In this document: one piece after another, positions 1-13,064 of the stretch
Layout: the number at the start of each line of letters is the position of its first letter
Numbering within the stretch: position 1 is the first letter of the stretch
NCBI GenBank assembly: GCA_964016885.1
Contig: OZ024746.1
Location: 6,634,001 to 6,698,000, forward strand
DNA length: 64,000 nt
Source of the DNA: Eledone cirrhosa
Taxonomy: Eukaryota
Reading direction: 5' to 3'
Notes under the pieces: model-generated
The model's database searches: none
What the model saw: the letters and a program-made list of their open reading frames with translations, nothing else
Told to the model about the DNA's origin: nothing
Program-made: the position numbers and the translations under genes

Positions 1-1209
1 GTTAGACTGTGTTGTGTGTTGTGTCTGCGGTGGTTGTGTTGTTTTATTGAGTGAGAGGTTGGGTGGGCCTGTATTTTGTTTTGGGGTAATGTGTTGTGAC
101 TGTTTGTGTTGTGGTGGTGTTGTGGTGTTACTGAGGGACGGGTTGGGTGGGACTGAGTTTTGTTGTTTGTTTATCTGTTGTGGTGGTGGTGGTGGAGCTG
201 GTGTTGGTAGCAGGGTTTTCTTTTTGTTGAGTTGGGGACAAGCGGCCTTCAGGTGCCCTCTGCCTGCACAGATATGGCAGGACGGCCTTCTCCCCTCCAC
301 GCTAATGTTTATATACCCGTGGTCCTCTAATAGGATTCTGTCGGGTATTTGGGCGATGCGTTCAGGCTTCATTTGTACTACCAGCTCTATACCTGTTCCA
401 CTGAACGCATTGCCTGTGGTTTTCCCAATGGAAATCACGTTGTCATTCACTGGATCGATGAAGCCAGCTATGAGCCAGCAGTAGTCCACATCTGGCATCA
501 TTGCATCCAGCCATATGCGTTGAGTTTTTTTTCCCATATAAGATGGATAAAAGGTGAAATTTTTCGAACGAATCGGTGACAAAGCACATTTTTTTGCCGC
601 CGATTCGTTCTTCATGATAATTGCTAGGCTTCCATACAGTCTGTCTTTTCTTATGAAAGTTGTTTCATTCAGTACTTCTGCGAGTACTGTTTTGATATCT
701 GCTTGAGAAGGCTGTTCAGGTTTTTTTGTACTGTTGTTGATGGTCCGAAACTTGACCGTTCGGCTTTCAATGTCTTTCGTGAATTCTTGAGGCATTTTTA
801 CCAATAAAATACCATTCTCACCTTCACTTATGTATTGTTTTGCGTCCGTGATCCTTCGTACCACATCTGAAATGTTTTCCGCTATATAAGTCAAAGATTT
901 CTTTGTTTTCTGTGCAAATGAAATCTTGTCGTCTGCTTTGTTTTCTGATATGATGTTATTTTCAACTGTTATTTTTTTGTTTGTTGTGTCTTTGTTTGTG
1001 TTATTAGTATTGTCATGCAATTTTTCAAATTTTTTTTTTTCGTTGTTTTCGTCATTTAATTTTTTCTCCGCAGATTCGTCCGTTTTTATTTTCATTTTTC
1101 CTTCCTTCTCTATGACGTTAGTTGGGAAGGAAGGGAGGACTAAAGCGTGCGAGCTTACAACTCTTACCGCTGTCCCCCCACCACTATTTTCGTTCGCTGC
1201 GTTTAACAT
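1..1209 (-). CDS. LINE ORF1 (gag-like, CCHC zinc knuckle), open to the window edge
   Basis: ATG at 1209 (MLNAANENSGGG...). Manual translation found no stop down to position 1. Contains ...IPDRILLEDHGYINISVEGRRPSCHICAGRGHLKAACPQLN (CX2CX4HX4C) followed by a Thr/Gln-rich tract. Missing from the ORF track because its stop lies outside the window. Confidence 0.85.
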   Translation of the reverse strand, partial: MLNAANENSGGGTAVRVVSSHALVLPSFPTNVIEKEGKMKIKTDESAEKKLNDENNEKKKFEKLHDNTNNTNKDTTNKKITVENNIISENKADDKISFAQKTKKSLTYIAENISDVVRRITDAKQYISEGENGILLVKMPQEFTKDIESRTVKFRTINNSTKKPEQPSQADIKTVLAEVLNETTFIRKDRLYGSLAIIMKNESAAKKCALSPIRSKNFTFYPSYMGKKTQRIWLDAMMPDVDYCWLIAGFIDPVNDNVISIGKTTGNAFSGTGIELVVQMKPERIAQIPDRILLEDHGYINISVEGRRPSCHICAGRGHLKAACPQLNKKKTLLPTPAPPPPPQQINKQQNSVPPNPSLSNTTTPPQHKQSQHITPKQNTGPPNLSLNKTTQPPQTQHTTQSN

Positions 1210-1438
1210 TTCTGTTAGACGATTGAAATTTTTTACACAAAATTTTTTAAAACAGGTTTTTCACCTCTAGGAGGGGTAAAGATGATCTGACCCACCGCCT
1301 GACAGTTCAGACGGAGGGTCAAGCTACACAATTGTATCAAAATAAAGTTTGAACTCACAAAATTTCCTCAATAAATTTGAACAAAACTTCTGTGCGAAGT
1401 GAATGACATCCACACTGTAGAACAGACGACAGCTAGAT
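1..1438 (-). mobile_element. 5' part of an L1/Tx1-like non-LTR retrotransposon (5'UTR + ORF1)
   Basis: ORF1 as above, plus about 230 bp of leader that begins next to a (TA)n tract at ~1440. Clade assignment is inferred from ORF1 layout. Confidence 0.7.
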
Positions 1439-1461
1439 TGATATATATATATATATAGATA

Positions 1462-1885
1462 TATTTCTTTATTAGCCACAGGGGCACAAAAGAAGGGGAC
1501 AAATACAAAGGGGGAAGTTTACATACAATAAAAACGTGTAAAATGTTATCACAGATGGAATTTAAAAGTTAGTCGATTTTCCCCAATAGAGGGAGACAGT
1601 TTATATGGGTAACACATACCCCCGAAAAAAATGTGCAACCCTCATCTCCAGGAGTACGAAGAGCTTGTACTCCTTTCCTCTCCTCCTCCTTTTCCTCAAT
1701 CTACAGGCTGATATAGAGAGAAGGCCCATTCACTCGGGCCATTCTCGCCACTTTCACCCACCTTTCATAAAACTTGCTGGGGTACAGCACCTCTCTCTCC
1801 ATCCTGATTCTTCTTCCAAAGTGGTATTTGAAAAAAAGAATCAGTTGTTGGCCGGAGAGAAAGGTGTCTGACCTCAGCCACGGGT
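1462..1885 (-). mobile_element. 3' end of a 5'-truncated Tx1/L1-like LINE
   Basis: Minus strand reads ...RRIRMEREVLYPSKFYERWVKVARM..., resembling an ORF2 C-terminus. A 3'UTR follows and ends AATAAAGAAA then (TA)n. Confidence 0.55.
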
Positions 1886-1908
1886 GTGTATGATTGTGTA
1901 TAGAAGAT

Positions 1909-2272
<364 letters not shown>

Positions 2273-2353
2273 GGTAAACAGAAATAACAACACAATCGGT
2301 ACAGTATATGGAAGAAATATATTATGTTAACGCTTGAAATAGCAGGAAGAGGG

Positions 2354-2389
2354 TCTTAACGTTTCGGACGCTAGTGCTTCATCAGAAGA
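2354..2389 (-). ncRNA. Minimal type I hammerhead ribozyme motif
   Basis: TCTT-CTGATGA-AGCACTAGCGTCC-GAAACGTT-AAGA: stem I TCTT/AAGA, palindromic AACGTT stem III, weak stem II. Confidence 0.55.
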
Positions 2390-2429
2390 AAGAATGAGAA
2401 ACACATATATATATATATGTGTGTGTGTG

Positions 2430-2557
<128 letters not shown>

Positions 2558-2763
2558 CGTGTGCGTGTGCGTGTGCGTGTGTGTGTGTGTTAGTGAGATA
2601 GTGTGTGTATATATATAGAGAAATATATAGATATATGTGTCTACATACAAACATACTTACATACGTATATATATATATATATATTTATTTACACACATAT
2701 GTATATATATATGTATATATATATATAATATAAGATCAAAAGATGGTTAAAAGAGTTCCAAGT

Positions 2764-2832
2764 ATTTTGTTATGCGCATTTTAAAAACAAATATCATCAT
2801 GGGATGATATCTGCGTTTTCATCAGATAAAAT
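2764..2832 (-). ncRNA. Decayed HHR in the PLE 3' terminal repeat
   Basis: ATTTTAT-CTGATGA-long stem II-AAAA (GAAA mutated)-TGCGCA-TA-ACAAAAT. Stem III palindrome ATGCGCAT. Confidence 0.6.
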
Positions 2833-4186
2833 AGGGATACATGATATGAAGCTTAAAAAATACTTGTGAATAGTGAAGTTTTAAATCAACATATGAAAAA
2901 TAATTTAAGATTGAGATTGGGAAAAAGTGAGGGGTTGGCAAAGGTAAGGAAGAGGAGGAGATGAGAGTAAAGAATGGTGGGGGAGGAGTATAAGAAGGAA
3001 TGATGAGAGAGGAGGAGAGATGGGTGATAGAGAGAGAGAGATAGCCTTTACAACTGAGAAAAAATATATATTGTCTCACAGAGAGAAGTTAAAAAGCCGT
3101 TGGAAGATAATAGATAATTTTAAAGAATTTGAAATTAAAAGTTGATGAAGAGAAAAAGGGGCTAAGAATAATATTAAATTAAGGTTTGTATATTGAAGGG
3201 TTTAATAATATGTGCGAGGAAAAGAAATTATTAATATGTATTATTAAAATTAAAATATTAATGTTATTAAGGATATAATGTGAAAAGAAATAGAAGAATG
3301 GATGAGTTATGAATTTAGAGGAATTAGTTAGTGTTTAAGTTTGTTTTTATGTAATGTAATATGTGTGCGTAATATATGTACGTAAATAGTTTGTTTAAAA
3401 ATGAGCGCAGAAAGCAAAGAAGAAAAGAATGTTTAAGGAAGAAAATATCTAACATCAAAAAATATATATGTTTACGAAATATTTTCTAATGGTAATAATA
3501 TAATATATTAAAAGAAATTAGTTAGGGTTTAAGTTTGTTTTTATGTATTGTAATATGTAAAAGTCAAACGAGCATGAAAGGAAGAGATAAGGAATTTAAG
3601 GAAGAAAAATCTAACGTCAAAAAAAATGTTTATGTTTACGAAGGACTATTAAAGGTAATACTATAATGTATTAAAAAGATAATAATAATTTTTATGGCCA
3701 ATGATATGAAGAAAGATGGAAGAATGGATAATGTTGTGGTGAGTAATAATAAGAATTGAGAAGTAGTTAGGAAGAAAAAGTACAGATTAGAGGTTAGAAA
3801 TTAAAAAGAAAAGAGGAAGAAAGGAAAGTGATAAAGAGGAATGATATAGAATGAGTAACTTGTATTATATAATATATAGTAAATAATATTGAAATAAGGT
3901 AGAAAGATGGGTATATTTTTTAAAAATATATAAGCCTTTGAGAAAAAGGATTTTAAATTAGTAAGGTATTAGATATTAGCTGTATACTTTATGGAATGTT
4001 CTGTGGAATTTATGCAAGCAGAGAGAAAATAAATCAGTGCGTCTATTTATTATAGAATTGAAAATAGATATAATGGTAAATTTCTCAGATGGGCAAAGAT
4101 TACATGTTCAGGATAGGGAGGCATTCAAGTAGGAAGGGCAGAACAAACTTTCCTCCAAGAGATGTTATAGTTAATATTTTTGTCTT

Positions 4187-5392
4187 TCAAGAACCATATG
4201 AGTTCTGAGAGTGCCGTGTTAGTTCTTTTAAGTTGGTATTTAAAAGACGAATTGTGATTATAAAATCTAGCTTTGAAGGAGATGGAAGTGGAACCGAAAT
4301 AGGTAAAGGAATTGGTATCAGTTTAACCTTACATTCATAGACTAAGTTTTTTTCAAGACAATGGTTATTGAGAGGACATTTAGTTCTAACAGGGCAATTA
4401 CAATTGCGATTAGAGAAATTAACAGAGTTATTAACAAGTGACCTAGTGTTATTTATAGGAGGAATTGGATTGGAGAAGTTATTTACGATAGGAATAATAG
4501 TTTCCTGATTTAGATTGGTATTATGAACATTCAACGAAGTTACGTTTGACGTCGTATTTGAGTTTGCAGAATCTAGCCTAGAGTTAACAATGTCGTCGGG
4601 AGTACTACTGCTATTATTATGACACTCAGTGTTGGAAGGATGTGATTTAATATTTAATATTTTATTGTTGTGTTTAGTGATAATGTTAGAGATGTTTGAG
4701 GAGGTGGAATAGGAAAATTTTATTGTATGTTTGTTAAAGATTTTACTATAGATATGTGAGGGAGGGAAGCATTTATCTAAGGCCCTAAAGAATAGTTTAG
4801 GAATATTATTATTAATAGAAATAGAGAAAGGAGCATTATACCAGATTATATTGTTGTATCTAGGTCTTTTATTTAAGTTATTGGAATGATCATAATTAAT
4901 TATTTTACTGTAAGACCTTCTAGGATTGGTTTCTTTACTGTATTTAATTTTATCAGGATAACCGGCTTTAGAAAGCGCATTATTATAATTGGCGTTAGCA
5001 TCAAAGATATTTTTATTAGAGGATAGGTTTGATATTCTTTTTCCAATATTACTGACTATAGCATTTTTAATGTTAGTGGGGTGGTTAGATTTAAAATTAA
5101 CATAATTTAGATTCTCATTGTTTTTATGGCCAGTGTCTCGATTAAGGGATATATCCAAGAAGTTAGCTAGTTTGATGTTGTTATCAAATTCGATTTTAAG
5201 GTTATGTTGCTTAAAGAGATCACGTATATTGTTCTTAATAATATTAAGGTTAACTAAATTGCAATTTAAGATAGTAAAAAGTCCATCGTCACGATAAATT
5301 CCACCGCGAAGTTGAGGAATTTTCCGATTTAAAGAATTCAAAATAAAAATACCAATCAAATCAGTCAATTGCGATGAAACGGAAGCACCCAT
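4187..5392 (-). pseudogene. PLE reverse transcriptase/GIY-YIG ORF remnant
   Basis: 401-aa ORF with YRDD, NFLDISLN, YVNFKSNHP, IIWYNAPFS and KIFNKHTIKFSYS. Disrupted on both sides. Confidence 0.85.
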
Positions 5393-6743
5393 TGTGATAT
5401 CAAAGTTGATGGAAGTATCAGCTCTAGTCCAGTATTCATTGTTGAATTCTAAGATGGTTTTTCTTGCGGTGAGAATGATGTGAAGTTCATCTGTGGTGAT
5501 GTCAAATATTTAAATGCGAAAGATAAAGCATTGTTGAGAAGTGAAGGCGAAATAGAAGAATAGTAGCTGGCAATATAAAATTGAATACATTTTTGTTTGT
5601 TTTTCTTATTCAGGTTGTTGAAGCAGCCAATTACTTCAGATGTACCAAACCATAAATTTAAGTTAGAAATAGAGCAATTAGAACGAACCTGTGGGATAGA
5701 ATGAGTAACTTGCATTATATAATGTGTGTATGTGTCTGTGTGTGTGTCTGTGTGTGTCTGTGTGTGTCTGTGTGTGTTTGTGTCTGTGTGTGTGTCTGTG
5801 TGTGTGCCTATGTGTGTGTGTGTGCCTGTGTGTGTGTCTGTGTGTGTGTTTGTGTGTGCCTGTGTGTGTGCCTGTGTGTGTGTCTGTGTGTGTGTGTCTG
5901 TGTGTGTGTGTCTATGTGTGTGTGTCTGTGTGTCTGTGTGTCTGTGTGTCTGTGTGTGTGTCATCGCTGTCGTGTCATTACTATTTCTTCCACTTATTCA
6001 ACTTCCATTCATTATCATTATTTTCTATCTTACCTTCCCAGCATTCTTTCCATTGCTTCTTTGTAGTCAGTATGTATGCAATTTCTATCTTTAACTAAAA
6101 AAGCTCTGTTGGTATTACCTTTCAGATATACATAAGGTCATAGATTTGAAATGTAGAGGGGGGACAATCGATTATATCAACCAGTATGGCTTAAATCATC
6201 AATAACGCCTCAGAAGCACCGCCTCACATCTCTAATTTCCACTTTACTGTTGTCACTTCCGCTTGCCTGAAAAATCATTTTAACTTCTCTAATACTGTCA
6301 CCCTCTGTCATGTGTTACAACGGCCTACTTTTTCCTCTCTCACTTTCATTATTTTTCTTTCTTTCTCTCACTGTTTCTATCTCCTTCACTCTCCATATCC
6401 AATTCTTTCAGTTAATCTTAACTGTCGATCTGTAAGCATTGCTCATATATCCGTATCTTCTGTAATTCAAATTAGACACAAATCATCCAGTGCTCATATT
6501 TGAAGCTTTCTTTCACCTTTCTATGCAATTCTATTTGAATTTATTTTCATTTAGTTTTTCTTATGAATGCTGTTTCCATTAATAATATCAGTAAACAGAA
6601 GCATGATGTTCCACGCTAACTTCCTCTGCTGCCAAATACAAGAGAATTATGTGAGCGGCAGAAACAGGCTGTAAATCTGCCATGACCAACAAACATACAT
6701 ACATATTTTTTTCTTTATCTAGTATACAGAATATTTTGACACT

Positions 6744-6863
<120 letters not shown>

Positions 6864-6970
6864 ATAACGAAGGAGTTGTGGTAAGGAACCAGATGGACCA
6901 TAACGCACCAGAGGCCAGAAATAGCCGTCGAACCGGCTTGAGCTCTGCCGTCGGGGTCATACTTTTTCCC
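6864..6970 (+). repeat. Short (TA)n-flanked dispersed repeat family (ATAACGAAGGAAGTGTGGTAAGGAACCAGGTGGACC...)
   Basis: Further copies at ~13601-13720, 14722-14870, 19834-19880, 22495-22594 (-), 35143-35347 and 35769-35855, each abutting TA repeats. Confidence 0.85.
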
Positions 6971-7021
<51 letters not shown>

Positions 7022-7319
7022 AAATAATAGTCGTTTTGGAAGCCTCAACAATGCAAATGGGTAAATCTTAATCAGGTGGTAATGAGTGAGAGATGTAAGA
7101 GAAAGCAGAGAAAGAGACATAGAGAACGTAAAAGAACGTAGGAAAAGAGTAACAAATAATAACACGAGATAGAGATACCTTGGAATCTATTTAATAGTCC
7201 CTATATTTCCGATTTTACATCCATCAACACAGGGTTTCCCTAGGGGAAAAAAGTTGTGTCGGAGGACAACACGTAGCCTTCGTTGTTTACCGTGTACCCA
7301 CATGGTAAACAACGAAGCC

Positions 7320-7525
7320 ACGTGGACAGAACAAAGGAGACACAAAATAAAAACCTAGTCACTGAGGAGATCACAGAATGTGTGACGAAAGAGCTTTGAT
7401 AATATATAAACAACCATCTGATTATCGAACCAACCAACAAAGCGGAAATTTATAATAAATTGAAGTGAAAACCAAAAGGTGCGTGTGTTTTTATTGGCAG
7501 CATGACCCTCCCAAAGTATAACAAT
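7320..7525 (+). mobile_element. PLE family A 3' terminal fragment with HHR (7358-7400)
   Basis: Homologous to the 3' end of the 23075-24064 copy. Ends CCCTCCCAAAGTATAACA followed by (TA)n. Confidence 0.8.
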
Positions 7526-7916
7526 ATATATATATATATATATTTGTCCCTTTGAACTCTGTTCCCACACACTTCTCACCTGAGGAAGGGCTTATGCCCG
7601 AAACGTCGTCCCCCACCTACCCCCCACTCTCCCGAGCGTGTTATTAATAAACATTTATTGTACTGCCTCTCTGTTTTGTCCCTGTTCAAATGTTTCCATT
7701 ATATATATATATATATATATATATTCAATACCCGAATTACTTGATCGTTTTTTTTTGGCTATACGAATGATTGTTTAACCATCGTCTCAGTGTGTTTGGC
7801 CTTCAACGTTTGTTATATCTCTGGTTCATCTGATTCATTGAGCACTTGCCGCACATCTCGGAGGTTGTTTTTCGTTATTTCGTGGGCCGAAATGCGAATC
7901 TCGATAATTTATGTTT

Positions 7917-8020
<104 letters not shown>

Positions 8021-8025
8021 GTATG

Positions 8026-8179
<154 letters not shown>

Positions 8180-8292
8180 GGTTGAAAAAAATGAAAACGA
8201 AATTTCATTTCTCACTCTTAGTATGGCACTTACTTAAATGTAAGTATGTATGTATACGTACATACATATATGTATACAGACGTACAGTAGCA

Positions 8293-8374
<82 letters not shown>

Positions 8375-8546
8375 TATACACATATGCATACAGGTACACA
8401 TACATATATGCACGCATCAGTTTAGCCGACGTTTATTATAACACCTGCTTTGTTCGTTTGTTTGTCAACAAATCGAACAGCCTGAATTTATGCCATACGG
8501 TGTTAAGGCAACCACGTCACCTTTTTGTTCAACACTGACACAGGAA

Positions 8547-8587
8547 CGATGTACTAGTTTCAAGCTTGTTAGCTATCATCAGCACCG
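8547..8587 (-). ncRNA. Type I hammerhead ribozyme
   Basis: CGGTG-CTGATGA-TAGCTAACAAGCTT-GAAACTAGTA-CATCG. The sister copy at 9019-9059 has GAAA changed to CAAA. Confidence 0.8.
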
Positions 8588-9276
8588 TTTACCCATCTGC
8601 CAGATAGTTGAACGTTCGAAAGTATATACTTTCCTTATGAAAATTAACGGCTGAGCAGCCTAATTTGCATATTGAGTGAGTTAAATCGGTCAGGCATACC
8701 GAAAACGATAAGTTGAAAAAAAATGAAAACGAAATTTCATTTCTCACTCTTAGTATGGCACTTACTTAAATGTAAGTATGTATGTATACGTACATACATA
8801 TATGTATACAGACGTACAGTAGCATGCATATATATATATACATATATATACACATATGCATACAGGTACACATACATATATGCACGCATCAGTTTAGCCG
8901 ACGTTTATTATAACGCCTGCTTTGTTCGTTTGTTTGTCAACAAATCGAACAGCCTGAATTTATGCCATACGGTGTTAAGGCAACCACGTCACCTTTTTGT
9001 TCAACACTGACACAGGAACGATGTACTAGTTTGAAGCTTGTTAGCTATCATCAGCACCGTTTACCCATCTGCCAGATAGTTGAACGTTCGAAAGTATACT
9101 TTCCTTATGAAAATTAACGGCTGAGCAGCCTAATTTGCATATTGAGTGAGTTAAATCGGTCTGGCATACCGAAAACGATAAGTTGAAAAAAAATGAAAAC
9201 GAAATTTCATTTCTCGTTAATTTTCATAAGGAAAGTATATACTTTCGAACGTTCAACTATCTGGCAGATGGGTAAA

Positions 9277-9317
9277 CGGTGCTGATGATAGCTAACAAGC
9301 TTGAAACTAGTACATCG
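9277..9317 (+). ncRNA. Type I hammerhead ribozyme
   Basis: Same motif with intact core: stem I CGGTG/CATCG, stem II AGCT/AGCT, palindromic stem III ACTAGT. Confidence 0.8.
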
Positions 9318-9478
9318 TTCCTGTGTCAGTGTTGAACAAAAAGGTGACGTGGTTGCCTTAACACCGTATGGCATAAATTCAGGCTGTTCGATTTGTTGAC
9401 AAACAAACGAACAAAGCAGGCGTTATAATAAACGTCGGCTAAACTGATGCGTGCATACATGTATGTGTACCTGTATGC

Positions 9479-9555
<77 letters not shown>

Positions 9556-9791
9556 TGCTACTGTACGTCTGTATACATATATGTATGTACGTATACATAC
9601 ATACTTACATTTAAGTAAGTGCCATACTAAGAGTGAGAAATGAAATTTCGTTTTCATTTTTTTCAACTTATCGTTTTCGGTATGCCTGACCGATTTAACT
9701 CACTCAATATGCAAATTAGGCTGCTCAGCCGTTAATTTTCATAAGGAAAGTATATACTTTCGAACGTTCAACTATCTGGCAGATGGGTAAA

Positions 9792-9832
9792 CGGTGCTGA
9801 TGATAGCTAACAAGCTTGAAACTAGTACATCG
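9792..9832 (+). ncRNA. Type I hammerhead ribozyme
   Basis: Identical to 9277-9317. Confidence 0.8.
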
Positions 9833-10005
9833 TTCCTGTGTCAGTGTTGAACAAAAAGGTGACGTGGTTGCCTTAACACCGTATGGCATAAATTCAGGCT
9901 GTTCGATTTGTTGACAAACAAACGAACAAAGCAGGCGTTATAATAAACGTCGGCTAAACTGATGCGTGCATATATGTATGTGTACCTGTATGCATATGTG
10001 TATAC

Positions 10006-10120
<115 letters not shown>

Positions 10121-10170
10121 TGCTACTGTACGTCTGTATACATATATGTATGTACGTATACATACATACT

Positions 10171-10235
<65 letters not shown>

Positions 10236-10239
<4 letters not shown>

Positions 10240-10487
10240 AATGAATAATAACAGGTAGACATCATAAAAAGGTAATTTATTCCGTGTGCTTACAAATGTT
10301 TCCACGGTGGTACTGCATTCTGCTCTGAGGAAACAGTGGTCACAGCATTGGATATTTGAGTTCTGCAAGTACTTGTGAATTTGCACGTAGCATAACTAGG
10401 CTGCAGTACCACCGTGGAAACACTTGTAAGCACACGGAATAAATTACCTTTTTATGATGTCTACCTGTTATTATTCATTCTTTATAT
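10236..10487. repeat. Fold-back inverted repeat (~80-bp arms)
   Basis: 10236-10317 is the reverse complement of 10402-10487. It starts at a (TA)n tract. Confidence 0.85.
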
Positions 10488-10624
10488 ACACTCCGGAATA
10501 CTGAAGGATCAGGAACTAAGTTTCTTCAACAATTCTTCCATAACTCGTAGAGTAACCTCTTACCGTACGTCAACCATATCCAGTGTAGTAATTAACCATT
10601 ACTACATCTTGGATAATCCTATAC

Positions 10625-10688
<64 letters not shown>

Positions 10689-10824
10689 TATATGGAAAGT
10701 TATATTTAAATTGTTGGGTTAACAACGAGTAAATATTTATAACTGATATAAAAGCACTCAACAAGTATTTGGAGTATATTTATGATATTAAATAAATGGA
10801 AACTATATTTATAAAACCATATTT

Positions 10825-10888
10825 ATTTCGTTATATATATTTCAGGGATATCATATTAACAATATGTTATGCCTTCTTCAGACAAAAT
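10825..10888 (-). ncRNA. Type I hammerhead ribozyme in a PLE terminal-repeat fragment (~10695-11190)
   Basis: ATTTTGT-CTGAAGA-AGGCATAACATATTGTTAATATGATATCCCT-GAAATATATATA-ACGAAAT. The tail sequence recurs at ~21262-21385. Confidence 0.75.
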
Positions 10889-12309
10889 ACAATATAAACA
10901 GTCTTATAAATAAATAGATACGACATACCTTTCAATCACCTTGCATTTGGGAGGTTGATTTGGTAGTAAAAAATGTGGACAGTTGTAAAAAGAAAGAGAT
11001 AAAGAGAGAAAGAAAGAGAAACGAAGAAAAAGAAGAAATGCATGTGACTAAATAGAGGGATATAGAAAGATAGATAGAGAGAAGAACTTCATGTAAAGAA
11101 ACAGAGAGAAATATATATAGAGAGAGGAAAAAAAGAAAGAGATAGATAGAGATAGATAGAGAAATTAGGAAGTTGAGTATCGGTTGATACAACATACATA
11201 CATCTCTCTTTACATTAATACTAGAGCTAAATAAATAAATAAATATATATATATAATGTATTAATGCTAATCACAGGTTCCTGTGACATTTATATCCACA
11301 CAGAGATGAAATCACATTTGTGCCAGGTTAAAGAGTGGTAGATGATTGCAATTGTGTCCCTTAACTTTCAGATATTTTACGTAAAGATGAGAGATTCATT
11401 GGTGACAGTATTAAAGCGGTTAATATATTTTGGAGAACTTACGTGGTTTGTATCTAATTTCACTGCATATCAGCATTGTATATTCATACGCTTTCGCATG
11501 TACTGCTTCGGGTTGAACGTTGGAAAATTTACCAAGCACTGTGAGAAAGAATATATAAACTATTTGTAGAATTTGTCTTCTGAACGAATGATTTCCTAAT
11601 GTAACCTGATTTTATAGAAACATTTCATTTGCTTTCCGTTTAAATAAAACTATTTTTCTCATTTACCGAATATAACTCTGAGGTGGGGAAAAATTCCTTT
11701 CCGTAATTCGTTAAATATTGTAAAGTTTGTATCTATTTTTTATTTTGTTGAAAATGATTACTGACCTTAGATTAACAGGATTTATTTATTCCTTCGTGCT
11801 ATTACATGTGAAATCTTTTGTAATGGTTTTCTAATTTTACATGTGAAATGTTTTGTAATGGTATCTAATTTTCGAGAGCCATCTTGGTTATTTATTCACT
11901 ATAATTAACAATGACAGTAGTGATGTCATAGTTTGTTATTGTTGGAGAACTGGTATTGTCAAATATCCGTAATATTTCTGCCTTGGAACTAATGCTGTAT
12001 CAATTCAATGAATTAAAACAATTACTTTCTTTGAAACAAAACACTGAAGGTTTTATACAATATCAAATAAACATTTGTTAAAAGATTATTTACATTTAGA
12101 GCTAACTTTATAAAATAAAGTATGTGTCACATTAATCTTTATTGAAGTTGTACATTTTGTATGAGAAAACTTGACATTGTCGACTTATTAAGGCCATGAA
12201 AAGACACAGATAAATCCCATTCCTCAGTTTTTTAATATCATATTCTTGCTTAGATTCCTTTTCACTTTCATCCTTCAGGAGTCAGCACTGTGACATTTAT
12301 GAACCTTAT

Positions 12310-12645
12310 TCACATACACTAATTTCTCCAGCCGCAACCTGGTGCAGTCTGCGACTAATCCAGGTTCTGCTGCACGTCGGGCTGAGGAGGCCAAACTCTT
12401 CAAGTACCGGTCGCTCTCCGACAGGTTTGCGGTTGTACCCTTGGCAGTGGAGACTTCTGGTGTCCTCGGCTCTAGGGCTACCTCCCTACTCACCACCATA
12501 GGCGCTGGGCTGGCCAGCCGCAGGTGTGAGCCCCGCGAGTTGGAGTGGCTTTTCCAGCGCGTCTCCCTTGCCGTCCTCCGGGGAAACGCCTCCTCCATTC
12601 TGTCCGCCGGGGCTCTGGGGCGGCCATCAATATGATTGACTGACA
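12310..12645 (+). mobile_element. CRE-like non-LTR retrotransposon 3' fragment (restriction-like endonuclease)
   Basis: GC-rich island encoding GSAARRAEEAKLFKYRSL...VPLAVETSGVLG...WLFQRVSLAVLRGNASSIL. Confidence 0.8.
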
Positions 12646-12758
12646 TTTTATCAGTTAGACACTCACCCATTATCATAGAATAAAACAGAATTAGAAAAGA
12701 AAATCAAGTTGTTATAGACATTCACATACATCAGACAAAGTTTTCTTATTTCACTTAC

Positions 12759-12918
12759 TTCCGATTGTAATTTGAGCAGGGTTTCCTAATACACGACCAA
12801 ACTCATTCTCAGCGCTACATTGAAAATAGCCCTCATCAAAAGCTGCTTGCGGATTGCTGATTGTAAGTCGGCCATTAGTAAGAGTGTATCTTTTGCTTGG
12901 CTTTATCTCGGCTCTTAT
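12759..12918 (-). CDS. CNTN: Contactin exon: C-terminal half of the first Ig domain
   Basis: ttttcttttgaag|ATAAGA...GGAA|gtaagt. Encodes IRAEIKPSKRYTLTNGRLTISNPQAAFDEGYFQCSAENEFGRVLGNPAQITIG. 160 nt, phase 0 to 1, matching the upstream exon. Confidence 0.88.
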
Positions 12919-13007
12919 CTTCAAAAGAAAAATATACATATTTTGAGTTAAGGATACACGTGCACACGTACACACAAATACACACACACATACACACATA
13001 CACACAC

Positions 13008-13056
<49 letters not shown>

Positions 13057-13064
<8 letters not shown>

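Larger units (their letters stand above)
2715..5700 (-). mobile_element. Penelope-like element (Naiad-like), 5'-truncated and decayed
   Basis: RT motifs FDITMG and GGIYRDDGL, CNC..CPL..CL linker, frameshifted GIY-YIG region (NLVYECKV...), long AT-rich 3' region ending in a decayed HHR. Confidence 0.85.

Noticed and set aside
14-1270. Plus-strand ORFs 14-484, 349-579 and 926-1270
   Set aside because: Antisense shadows of the minus-strand LINE ORF1.
7575-7615. Functional HHR (CTGAGGA-AGGGCTTATGCCC-GAAACGTCGTC)
   Set aside because: Core and stem II are good, but stem I has no partner downstream. Counted only as decayed.
8723-9010. 95-aa ORF in the 470-bp unit
   Set aside because: It runs through a variable (TA)n tract that shifts the frame between copies, has no recognisable motif, and is antisense to the HHR.
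12751-13005. 84-aa ORF as a standalone gene
   Set aside because: Only 12759-12918 is exonic. The N-terminus is intronic microsatellite.
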